A program made the translations under genes and the position numbers. A model generated the notes under the pieces. That model did no database searches and was not told the DNA's origin. It saw only the letters and a list, made by a program, of their open reading frames with translations. DNA of 64,000 nucleotides from a virus (lineage: Duplodnaviria > Caudoviricetes): the IMG/VR virus record IMGVR_UViG_3300029305_002470, positions 22,517-86,516 of that record, one strand, 5' to 3'. Shown here in pieces: positions 28,995 to 36,946 of this stretch (position 1 is the first letter of the stretch; every line of letters starts with the position of its first letter).

Positions 28995-29015
28995 TAGTTA
29001 AAAGTTTCACAATAT

Positions 29016-29031
29016 TGTTTCACGTGAAACA
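29016..29031. promoter_or_regulatory. parS site 1 (ParB/Spo0J binding)
   Basis: TGTTTCACGTGAAACA, perfect consensus palindrome. Confidence 0.9.
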
Positions 29032-29062
29032 TAACAAAATATTTTTATCTTTATTGTACCTT

Positions 29063-29078
29063 TGTTTCACGTGAAACA
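29063..29078. promoter_or_regulatory. parS site 2
   Basis: TGTTTCACGTGAAACA. Confidence 0.9.
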
Positions 29079-29585
29079 TTGTACCATTGTACTAATACAT
29101 TAATACAATAATATACATGTTAAAAAAATATCAATATTGTTGCTATACACAAATTATGAATGTTTCACGATATAAATTTTGTATGTTTCACACAAATAGT
29201 AGAATTTTTAACGAGAGTTTTAATAAACTAACTTTTGTGTTTCAGAACAAAAAATTTAAAAATTATTTGTGTATTCAATACAAAATTGATAAATTTTTAA
29301 CGCTATTTTCAGTATAAAAATGAAAAAAACATAAAAAAACAATTGTGTTGTAAACATAAAAAATTTAAAAAAAATTTGTGTAAATACACAAATAAAATAT
29401 AGCATGTCAGCAATACGATTTTATCATATTTTCAGAGCCTCAAAACGTTGAAATTTCAATGCTTCCAGCCTCAAAAATAGCAAAATGTTTTTTCAGTTTC
29501 CTTCATTATAACGCGTGTAAAGCCCTTCTTGAATTGTATTATTGTATTAATACAGTCATACAATAAAGTCGGTTTAAACTGACAA

Positions 29586-29613
29586 TTGACACAACTAAAA
29601 AAATTCTTAAAAT
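29586..29613 (+). promoter_or_regulatory. First early promoter
   Basis: TTGACA-N16-TAAAAT, flanked by two operator palindromes. Confidence 0.6.
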
Positions 29614-29695
29614 GATAATTGCAAGGCGGCAAAAAGTCCGCACATTCTCACATAGTCGGTTTAAACTGACAAATACAGAAAGGAAAGGTTACATT

Positions 29696-30316
29696 ATGAA
29701 AACTACAAACAACGCAAAGGTAAAGGTTACAACTCTTAACGCTCAGACAATTGAAATGCTCAACGTTCAGCTTGATATTATCAAATCAAAAGGTACAACG
29801 TCACTTAATGCTGATATTGCAAGGGCAAAGGCACTCTATACCATTAAAGATGCCGCACTCTATGAGTGCGACAATTGCAAGTCCTTTAAAGAATGGTATA
29901 ACGTAAAACATGACGGTACAATCTATGGTATTACGTACAAATCAGCTTGTATTCTTATCAATACATATGCTAACGTATGGTCACATAAAACATTTAAGGC
30001 ACTGCCTTTATCAATTGCGTGCCGTATGGCGTCAGCTTGCAAAAATGCTGACAATGTAAAAGCATGTGAAAGGCTTGTTGCGGAAGGTAAAATTAAGCCT
30101 GACATGACACAAAACGCCATAAATGATTTACTTAAGGCGGAAGGTATTGTAAAGGCAAAAACTGACAATTTGAGTGCGCCAGCACCAAAAACCGCTGACG
30201 CTGACAATGACACCGTAAAGGTTGCGCTTGCTATGGTCAACGCTTTTATGAAAAGCAATTGCAAGGATGAAACAATAATGGATAATTGGAACGTCATACT
30301 TGATGCGCTTAAGTAA
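29696..30316 (+). CDS. First early gene, hypothetical (weakly DUF3102-like)
   Basis: AGAAAGGAAAGG RBS before ATG 29696; higher GC than neighbours; has its own terminator. Confidence 0.75.
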   Translation: MKTTNNAKVKVTTLNAQTIEMLNVQLDIIKSKGTTSLNADIARAKALYTIKDAALYECDNCKSFKEWYNVKHDGTIYGITYKSACILINTYANVWSHKTFKALPLSIACRMASACKNADNVKACERLVAEGKIKPDMTQNAINDLLKAEGIVKAKTDNLSAPAPKTADADNDTVKVALAMVNAFMKSNCKDETIMDNWNVILDALK

Positions 30317-30330
30317 TTCATACTCACATA

Positions 30331-30368
30331 TGACCGCCGAAAGGCGGTCATTGTTTTTTCTTTTTTTA
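30331..30368 (+). terminator. Intrinsic terminator
   Basis: TGACCGCC-GAAA-GGCGGTCA followed by a T-rich run. Confidence 0.85.
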
Positions 30369-30498
30369 TACGTGCGCATTTTTCTGAATAAAGCGGATAA
30401 AATTTTGCCCACAAAGGGATTTTGCGGAGTCAGTTTAAACTGACAATTAGCAATTAAAAATTGCCGTAAAATAAATTTGCGAGTAAAATTTTGCCCAC

Positions 30499-30527
30499 TT
30501 GACAATAGCAGAAAAATTTTATACTAT
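30499..30527 (+). promoter_or_regulatory. Early sigma-A promoter
   Basis: TTGACA-N17-TACTAT(AAT). Confidence 0.75.
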
Positions 30528-30597
30528 AATAGTGGATATTAAATCCGCCACTCAAAAAGTCAGTTTAAACTGACAGCTTAAGAAAGGAAGTGCTTAA

Positions 30598-30912
30598 ATG
30601 AAAACAAAAATTGCAAGACAGATTCAGTTTAATAAATTTGATAGAATTCACATTGACAAAACTATCGACCTTTTGGTTGATATGTGCAATATTATGCTTG
30701 ATGCGGTTGATGTGGGCGATGAATTTGATTCAATTACAAATATTGATATGTGCGATGCAGATACTGGAGAGGTTATTGCTATGCGCTCAGAGCTTGAAAA
30801 TTGTGCAATGACACTTGCGAACCTTTGGAATTATATAAAAGATAATATTAATGAAGATATTAATATAGAATGTCATGAAGCAGGCAAGATAAAAGTTGAC
30901 AGCATGTTTTAA
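30598..30912 (+). CDS. Early hypothetical protein (acidic)
   Basis: AGAAAGGA RBS. Confidence 0.7.
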   Translation: MKTKIARQIQFNKFDRIHIDKTIDLLVDMCNIMLDAVDVGDEFDSITNIDMCDADTGEVIAMRSELENCAMTLANLWNYIKDNINEDINIECHEAGKIKVDSMF

Positions 30913-30924
30913 TTCTGTTATTAT
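30896..30924 (+). promoter_or_regulatory. Early sigma-A promoter
   Basis: TTGACA-N17-TATTAT with extended TG. Confidence 0.7.
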
Positions 30925-31159
30925 AATGGTGGGCGTGGATTTTGCCCATGCTCACCATTGTTTCAAAATGAATTCAGCAAAAGTCAGTTTAAACTGACAA
31001 TTCAAAATTGAATTCAAAAATCCATCTTAAAAATCGAAATGAGAATTTAAAATGCGCTTTTAAGTTTTGATTTAGATTTTTGAAACTATTTTTGAATTTT
31101 AGTTTTGAAATTCTATTATGAAATTCTAATTTCAGTTTTTAATTTTGCGAGGTGTAATT

Positions 31160-31486
31160 ATGATTAATTTTGAAAATATTGCAACATATAATCTGTATGT
31201 TGGTCTGAATGACAAGGATAAATATGTTCAGATTATTGATGATGATTTTGCTATGCAGACAGTGCGCGATGTCGTATCTAATATTGTAGGTGGTGCGACT
31301 TTTACAAAATCATTCGGACATTGGGTGGATGAATTCGGAAATGAAACTACAGAATCGACTATTGTTGTTAAAATTACTGCGACAGATGATGCGCACATTG
31401 AGCGCATATGTGAAATTCTGAATTCAAAATTAAATCAGAATTGCATAATGGTTGAGAAAAGTTTGTCGCAGATTGCCTTTGTATAA
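31160..31486 (+). CDS. Probable S-adenosylmethionine lyase (SAMase / DUF3574-like)
   Basis: YVGLNDKD, GAT-----G-W-------TEST-V, L---LNQ-CI-VE pattern resembles phage SAM lyases; early-region location. Confidence 0.55.
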   Translation: MINFENIATYNLYVGLNDKDKYVQIIDDDFAMQTVRDVVSNIVGGATFTKSFGHWVDEFGNETTESTIVVKITATDDAHIERICEILNSKLNQNCIMVEKSLSQIAFV

Positions 31487-31582
31487 TTTTAGATTGAAAA
31501 TTTGGCATGAATTTTCATGCCATTCTTTGAATCTAAAATGAAATTCTAATTTGGATTTTTAAAATAGGAAGGTGGGCAAACT

Positions 31583-31813
31583 ATGTATAGACAATATGAG
31601 AATCCATGGGAATTGGAAGAAGAATTGGCTAAACTTGAATATGAATTAACTATGGCGGAATATGAGGGTACATCCGATGAAGAATTGGCTGACATTCAGA
31701 TGTCAATTTATGAAATGAAAGACCGCATAAATTTCGCATGGCAGGACAATGAATTTGAATGCGATAATTATGACTATGCGGATGAATTGTGGATGATGGA
31801 AAACTGCTATTAA
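31583..31813 (+). CDS. Highly acidic early protein
   Basis: GGAAGG RBS, Asp/Glu-rich. Confidence 0.7.
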   Translation: MYRQYENPWELEEELAKLEYELTMAEYEGTSDEELADIQMSIYEMKDRINFAWQDNEFECDNYDYADELWMMENCY

Positions 31814-31900
31814 TTTTGGTCTGAAATTTTGGGGCGGAAATTTTGCCCCATTATTTGAAATCAAAATTGAATTTCTAAAATAAAATTATGAGGTGATATT

Positions 31901-32083
31901 ATGGAAAAATGGTACAATTATGAAACTGAAAATCCGATTATTAAGGATGAACTGCGCAGATATTTTCATGAGAATAAAATCAAATATGAATTATCCGCAT
32001 GTTTTGATGGGTGGCATTTTGAAATTTACCTTAATGAAAATGAGGTTGAAAATGTAAACTCATTTTTGAATTCTATTTATTAA
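31901..32083 (+). CDS. Early hypothetical protein
   Basis: GAGGTG RBS. Confidence 0.7.
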   Translation: MEKWYNYETENPIIKDELRRYFHENKIKYELSACFDGWHFEIYLNENEVENVNSFLNSIY

Positions 32084-32111
32084 TTCTGATTTAGATTTTG
32101 TGGGGTGAATT

Positions 32112-32297
32112 ATGAAACGAATTTTTAATAAGGTTATGTTTTATTTTGGGGTAATTCTGTTTATTCTTGGATGGAGTAGTATTGATAGTGAACATAATTT
32201 AATAGCGTTCATTATGGCTTTTGGCGGTCTTGGTATTGCATATTTGAATAGGAGTGTGTATTATGAATATAACAGAGAATATGATGAAGAACTTTAG
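32112..32297 (+). CDS. Early membrane protein (two TM helices)
   Basis: GGGGTG RBS, hydrophobic segments. Confidence 0.6.
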   Translation: MKRIFNKVMFYFGVILFILGWSSIDSEHNLIAFIMAFGGLGIAYLNRSVYYEYNREYDEEL

Positions 32298-32445
32298 CAT
32301 AATTATGCGGATATATTGGGATGATATATGCGTTGCTATATTCGGATATAATTCGGAATCAAAATTCTATACGGATTTTATACATGAAATGGATAATCTT
32401 ATTACTAATGGACGCATTGAAGTTATGCGATTTGACAATCTTTAA
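32281..32445 (+). CDS. Early hypothetical protein
   Basis: ORF, start uncertain. Confidence 0.4.
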   Translation: MMKNFSIIMRIYWDDICVAIFGYNSESKFYTDFIHEMDNLITNGRIEVMRFDNL

Positions 32446-32460
32446 AGCTTATGCTACTAT
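32432..32460 (+). promoter_or_regulatory. Early sigma-A promoter
   Basis: TTGACA-N17-TACTAT with extended TG. Confidence 0.75.
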
Positions 32461-32541
32461 AATTATGGGTTTTGAAATTGCCCACCGAAAGTCAGTTTAA
32501 ACTGACAAATTCAAATTGAAAATTGAAAAGGAGATTTTAAA

Positions 32542-32703
32542 ATGGAATTTGAAAATGTAATCAAAGCTTTTAATACATGCAAGGATTTTAGCGAATATGA
32601 TGAACGTGAGTGGGATTATTTCGATGATGATGAATTTTATGAACGCACCGAAGATTATAATATACCATATGATGGTGAAGATTGGGGATTTGGTGAATTT
32701 TGA
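32542..32703 (+). CDS. Very acidic, aromatic-rich 53 aa protein (not in ORF track)
   Basis: AAGGAG RBS; MEFENVIKAFNTCKDFSEYDEREWDYFDDDEFYERTEDYNIPYDGEDWGFGEF. Confidence 0.65.
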   Translation: MEFENVIKAFNTCKDFSEYDEREWDYFDDDEFYERTEDYNIPYDGEDWGFGEF

Positions 32704-32784
32704 TTTGAGAATTTGAGTCTAATATGTTAGACTCATTTTCTGAAGTCAAAATCTAATTTCAAATTTTAATTATGAGGTGACATT

Positions 32785-33099
32785 ATGAATACTATGCACT
32801 ATAAGAATGATAAAAATTGTGATGTTCGCCGTGAGATTATTAAAAAGTATATTGGATATGGCAATGAAGTTTTTAGGGCAGAAGTAGACCGTGGTCATAA
32901 AAACGGTTCTGAAATTCATGTTGTAACTGATAGTGGTATTATTGAAATTTATAATACAAGAACCAAAAAGCATATTACAGATTTGATTGCAAGACCGAAT
33001 CAGATTAAGCGTGTTTATAATGCCAAGAATGAATTTGCCCCAAAATGGTTATTAGATATTGCAAAAGATAATATGGATAAAGGTTATAACTTGGTATGA
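32785..33099 (+). CDS. Conserved early phage protein
   Basis: VDRGH-NG-EIH------GII-I-N--T---IT-LIARP-QI-R motif. Confidence 0.75.
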   Translation: MNTMHYKNDKNCDVRREIIKKYIGYGNEVFRAEVDRGHKNGSEIHVVTDSGIIEIYNTRTKKHITDLIARPNQIKRVYNAKNEFAPKWLLDIAKDNMDKGYNLV

Positions 33100-33128
33100 A
33101 ATTCTAATTTAAGAAAGGAAAATGAATT

Positions 33129-33353
33129 ATGAAAATCGAATATGATTTTAGGGTTGATATGACAGTTTGTGAATTGGTGCAGTATCTTTATGATGAATTA
33201 CAGAATGAGGCAAGACATACTGATTATATTATTAGTCGGAATAAATGTGATGATGTATCTCATTTTTGGATTGAAGCAAGTATTGCACGTGAAAACAAAC
33301 TTTATGATTTAATAGATGATATATGCCTTAAGGCACATCAGGCAGATGAATAG
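33129..33353 (+). CDS. Early hypothetical protein
   Basis: AGAAAGGA RBS. Confidence 0.65.
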   Translation: MKIEYDFRVDMTVCELVQYLYDELQNEARHTDYIISRNKCDDVSHFWIEASIARENKLYDLIDDICLKAHQADE

Positions 33354-33405
33354 TTTTGGTGTATCAGAATCGAACTGAAATTCCAATTTGAAAAGGAGAA
33401 TTCAA

Positions 33406-33741
33406 ATGAAATATTATATTACATATTATGAAGCATATCCGATTTATGAGCCAGCAGAAGGCGGATATTATTATGAAGGAATTAATGCGGTTGAGTGGGC
33501 ATATTGGGATGAAGAAAATAATTTTGATGAAGTCTTTAATCATATTGGAGAACTTGCCGAGAAATATGACCTTAAAAATCTAAACATAGATAAGAAATGG
33601 GCATATGATATGGTAAATGAATATGGTAATATTATGGTTGCTATAGATAGGTCAAAATATATTGGCGATAATAGGTATCTATATTTAGAAAATGAAACCG
33701 CATTTAAATCTGAGGAATGTGGTTGGCATCCTTATGAATAA
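33406..33741 (+). CDS. Conserved early phage protein
   Basis: AAGGAG RBS; YPIYEPAEGGYY motif. Confidence 0.7.
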   Translation: MKYYITYYEAYPIYEPAEGGYYYEGINAVEWAYWDEENNFDEVFNHIGELAEKYDLKNLNIDKKWAYDMVNEYGNIMVAIDRSKYIGDNRYLYLENETAFKSEECGWHPYE

Positions 33742-33770
33742 AATCGAAACTGAAATTGCGGGGTGAAATT

Positions 33771-33992
33771 ATGAAAATGGCAGATTTTTTTGAAAGATTT
33801 GATGCGTTTTTTAGTAATTATAATAAAATTACAATGTTAGTAGAAAATTGTAAACATTCTCGTAGAGATTATAATATTACAACACATGAAGCAGTTCATT
33901 ATAAAGAAATGTGGTGGAGAAATTTAGAAATCGAATATTTTTCATTTGATTATGATAATGTATTGTATATCGTAGCAAAGGAGTGTGAATAA
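33771..33992 (+). CDS. Early hypothetical protein
   Basis: GGGGTG RBS. Confidence 0.6.
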   Translation: MKMADFFERFDAFFSNYNKITMLVENCKHSRRDYNITTHEAVHYKEMWWRNLEIEYFSFDYDNVLYIVAKECE

Positions 33993-34467
33993 TATGAAAA
34001 TCAATCTGAAAAAAGTAATCTCAATTATGATTCTTATTGTAGCTTTTGAAGTAGTATATCTCATTGGGTTTTATATGCCTAACAAAGTTGCATATGGTAA
34101 TTCAGAAGAAGAAATTGCCACGGAAAATCTGATTTCAGAAGATGAAATGGAAATCGAAAATGAAGATTTAATTTCGGAAAATGAAATTGCCGAGTGTGAT
34201 TTGACAGACAATGAGGATTGTGATATTATAATAACGGATGATGAGTCCGATGTTAACGATGAAGATATTGTTGAGATTGAAGAATCAGAACCTACACTTG
34301 AAGATATACTAATTGATGAATGTCCGTTTTTTGTAATAGATGAGATAAATGAAATTGATTCTTATGCAAAAGGAAATTGGTATTGCTATTACATTTATGC
34401 AGATGGTGATGTATACGTTGTAACAACAAAGAATGGTCACGTTGATATTTGTGTACAGTTGAATTAA
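33985..34467 (+). CDS. Membrane-anchored protein with long acidic linker
   Basis: N-terminal TM helix, D/E-rich middle. Confidence 0.7.
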   Translation: MNNMKINLKKVISIMILIVAFEVVYLIGFYMPNKVAYGNSEEEIATENLISEDEMEIENEDLISENEIAECDLTDNEDCDIIITDDESDVNDEDIVEIEESEPTLEDILIDECPFFVIDEINEIDSYAKGNWYCYYIYADGDVYVVTTKNGHVDICVQLN

Positions 34468-34536
34468 AAGTCAGTTTAAACTGACCAAAATTGAAATGAA
34501 AATTTAATTTGAAATTCTAAAATGGAGAGGTGAATT

Positions 34537-34830
34537 ATGAACGCATATGAAATCAGACTTAATAATGTAAAGCTTATGCACAATACTATGATTGATATGA
34601 ATAATGAGAACGCATATTTTACATGGATATATATAATGCCAGATGAACCTATGGAAGATGATTTTGAATGGTTCGCAGAAGATGAAGAAAGATATATAGA
34701 ATTATATACATCATTTATGCGTATATTTAATAGGTATATTAAAGATGGATTGTTTAATCCGAGTGATGAGGTGGTGGATTTTGCTCATAAATTTAAGGAA
34801 GAATTTGATATTTTTAAATGGGAACATTAA
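34537..34830 (+). CDS. Early acidic hypothetical protein
   Basis: GAGGTG RBS. Confidence 0.7.
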   Translation: MNAYEIRLNNVKLMHNTMIDMNNENAYFTWIYIMPDEPMEDDFEWFAEDEERYIELYTSFMRIFNRYIKDGLFNPSDEVVDFAHKFKEEFDIFKWEH

Positions 34831-34859
34831 AATTGAATTTGAAATTGTGAGGTAAAATT

Positions 34860-35051
34860 ATGACTTATATTGTAGACTTTGTAATACATGGATATCATGA
34901 GATAGAAGTTAAATCTGATAATTATGAGGATGCTATAAGTTCGGCAGAAGAAATTATGAGCATGACAGATTTTGGAGCATTAAATTATGATATAGATGCT
35001 GAAGTATATGCTGTCGAAGATGAAGATGGTAATACAAGATATGAATTTTGA
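34860..35051 (+). CDS. Early acidic hypothetical protein
   Basis: GAGGT RBS. Confidence 0.65.
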   Translation: MTYIVDFVIHGYHEIEVKSDNYEDAISSAEEIMSMTDFGALNYDIDAEVYAVEDEDGNTRYEF

Positions 35052-35059
35052 GGTGAATT

Positions 35060-35236
35060 ATGAGTGAGAAAATTGAATATCTAATTTCAAAATTAGCAGA
35101 GAGTTATATTGATGAAGCATTGTCAAGACAGTGTGGACAGATTATGTTTGCGGCAGATGATATGGAAATTAGCGTTGAAGATTTGAATATATTATTGGAT
35201 TGGTTTGGTATAAATGAAGATGATTATTTAATATGA
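35060..35236 (+). CDS. Early acidic protein (58 aa, not in ORF track)
   Basis: GAGGTG RBS. Confidence 0.6.
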   Translation: MSEKIEYLISKLAESYIDEALSRQCGQIMFAADDMEISVEDLNILLDWFGINEDDYLI

Positions 35237-35245
35237 GGTACGATT

Positions 35246-35443
35246 ATGGTACGAGAACATATAGAATATATTTCATTATCGGCAGAAGAAGATAAAATTG
35301 TAACTGAATTTAAAAATATGTTATCAAATTATCTTTCCGATATTGAAAAAGAAGATGCGTTTCCTACATTATCAGATACATATTTAGATGCACAGCATCT
35401 ATTAGAAGTTTTAAATGTATTTATTAGAAAGAACATACGTTAA
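35246..35443 (+). CDS. Early hypothetical protein
   Basis: GAGGT RBS. Confidence 0.6.
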   Translation: MVREHIEYISLSAEEDKIVTEFKNMLSNYLSDIEKEDAFPTLSDTYLDAQHLLEVLNVFIRKNIR

Positions 35444-35471
35444 TTTTGAATTTGAAATTGTGGGGTGGATT

Positions 35472-35798
35472 ATGGAATTCAAAGAATTAATTCGGAAATT
35501 TTATCCAAATGTTAATATAGTTATGATGGAACTGTGTCCATATTATGATTCGGCTAAATCATTTTATGGTAAAGCAAAAGTTTTTGAAATTGGAAATGAT
35601 GTTTTTCTTATGAGTTATGATACTATTGTGGCATCTTATAATCGAGGTGCAAAAATGGCACAAGTATTTGATACTTATAGTGCAACTACGCTTAGACATA
35701 TTAAAGAGTTTTTAAAACAGAGTGGATTTAAAGCTGAATCAAAAAAGCAAATTGAAAAAGATTATTGCCTTGAAAATTTGGGGGAGAAATATGTTTAA
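35472..35798 (+). CDS. Conserved early phage protein
   Basis: KSFYGKAKV...L-SY-T-VA...SATT-RHIKEFL-Q motif. Confidence 0.75.
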   Translation: MEFKELIRKFYPNVNIVMMELCPYYDSAKSFYGKAKVFEIGNDVFLMSYDTIVASYNRGAKMAQVFDTYSATTLRHIKEFLKQSGFKAESKKQIEKDYCLENLGEKYV

Positions 35799-35988
35799 TA
35801 TTGAAATGGAATATATGAAATCGTATGCTAAAATTGCAAGCGAAGCAATCACGGCAATGGCATTAGTATGGGAACAGATGCAGTTTAATGAAACAGAACC
35901 AGAAATTTTGGCAGAGGATTATCCACTTGACAAATCGTTTGATGAATTTGCATTTGAATTTTCACAGTGGATTCATAATTGGACTTAA
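35791..35988 (+). CDS. Early acidic hypothetical protein
   Basis: GGGGAG RBS. Confidence 0.6.
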   Translation: MFNIEMEYMKSYAKIASEAITAMALVWEQMQFNETEPEILAEDYPLDKSFDEFAFEFSQWIHNWT

Positions 35989-36002
35989 AAATTTTGCTTG
36001 AC

Positions 36003-36031
36003 TTGACAGCCTTATAAAAGTATGTTATTAT
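36003..36031 (+). promoter_or_regulatory. Early sigma-A promoter
   Basis: TTGACA-N17-TATTAT with extended TG. Confidence 0.7.
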
Positions 36032-36036
36032 AATAG

Positions 36037-36113
36037 TGCGATGAGAGATGGCACAAAAAACGTGGTGTGTTTGTCTTTCCTTTCTAAATATAAAATTCCA
36101 TTTCTCATCGCAA
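36037..36113 (+). ncRNA. Structured leader or small RNA with an exposed pyrimidine loop
   Basis: Outer stem TGCGATGAGAGATGG/CCATTTCTCATCGCA enclosing a hairpin and CTTTCCTTTCT. Confidence 0.4.
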
Positions 36114-36187
36114 CTTGAAATTCTAAAATCAATTTTAAAATTCTAAACGAGTCAGTTCAAACTGACTGAAAGATTAAGAGGTAAATT

Positions 36188-36475
36188 ATGAATAGATACA
36201 GAATTTGCGGAACAGTTAGCGTTGATGTTTATGCTGAAATTGATGCTCCAACTTTTGAAGATGCTATGGAATATGCAAGAGATAATTTCCGTATGGAAGA
36301 ATATTGTAATGGCAGTGTTGGTTGTGAAGATGGTAGTTATGAATTTGGAGATGCAGAAGTAACTTGCTGTTGTGATATTGATTGGTATGAAGATTATTCT
36401 GAACTTGTCGAAGAGAATGTTGAAACTGAAACTGACATTTGGGAAACAGAAGAAGAAAATGAAGAAGAAGATTAA
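36188..36475 (+). CDS. Very acidic early protein
   Basis: GAGGT RBS; D/E-rich. Confidence 0.7.
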   Translation: MNRYRICGTVSVDVYAEIDAPTFEDAMEYARDNFRMEEYCNGSVGCEDGSYEFGDAEVTCCCDIDWYEDYSELVEENVETETDIWETEEENEEED

Positions 36476-36680
36476 ATGGGTATGCGAATTGCCGCTGGAA
36501 ATTCAAGCTGAAATTCAAAATGAAATTTATGATTTGTTTGTAGAAATTGGCATAGATAATTTGGAAGAATCTGTAGAACGTGCTATGAATGAAAAGCTAA
36601 TTAATATTATTGGTAGTGAATATGGATTGTTACCATATGAGAAATATGCTAAATATATTTTTGAAGGAGTAGACATATGA
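36459..36680 (+). CDS. Early hypothetical protein
   Basis: ORF overlapping the upstream stop. Confidence 0.55.
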   Translation: MKKKIKWVCELPLEIQAEIQNEIYDLFVEIGIDNLEESVERAMNEKLINIIGSEYGLLPYEKYAKYIFEGVDI

Positions 36681-36919
36681 AAATCTATACTGAAGATTCA
36701 ATTCGTAATTTCAATTTCTGGAGTGGTGCTTGTAATACCGTAGCAGATTTAATATGGGATGATTTTGATATTATAGAAGAAAATCTCGAAGTGCTTTTTA
36801 ATGGCGAGATGACAGATACCGACCTTAATGATTTCTTTTGGTTCGAACGTGATACTATCGCTGAGTGGCTTGGTTATGATAATTATGATGAATTGATGCA
36901 CGACAGAAATGAAGATTAA
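36677..36919 (+). CDS. Conserved acidic early phage protein
   Basis: F-FWSGA...T-T-LNDFFWFE-D-I-EWLG motif. Confidence 0.75.
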   Translation: MKIYTEDSIRNFNFWSGACNTVADLIWDDFDIIEENLEVLFNGEMTDTDLNDFFWFERDTIAEWLGYDNYDELMHDRNED

Positions 36920-36946
36920 TCTAACTTGTTAGATTGAGGTGGTGGT

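Larger units (their letters stand above)
28506..29391. repeat. Dispersed TTGTG-N6-CACAA palindromes
   Basis: Perfect at 28506-28521, 28645-28660, 28690-28705, 29376-29391. Variants at 28603-28618, 28721-28737 (N7), 29235-29250. Confidence 0.8.
27981..29585. other. About 1.6 kb non-coding island rich in palindromic protein-binding sites
   Basis: No credible ORF; G/T-rich stretch changing to A/C-rich near 28480; many palindromes listed separately. Confidence 0.8.

Noticed and set aside
28905-29078. CRISPR array interpretation of the repeats
   Set aside because: The repeats are spaced palindromes matching CIRCE and parS, with no 30-40 nt unique spacers and no cas genes
28243-29317. Short ORFs in the non-coding island
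   Set aside because: No RBS, low-complexity translations, and they overlap the operator palindromes
29612-29695. Upstream start of the first early gene given in the ORF track
   Set aside because: It overlaps the promoter and operator; the strong RBS points to ATG 29696
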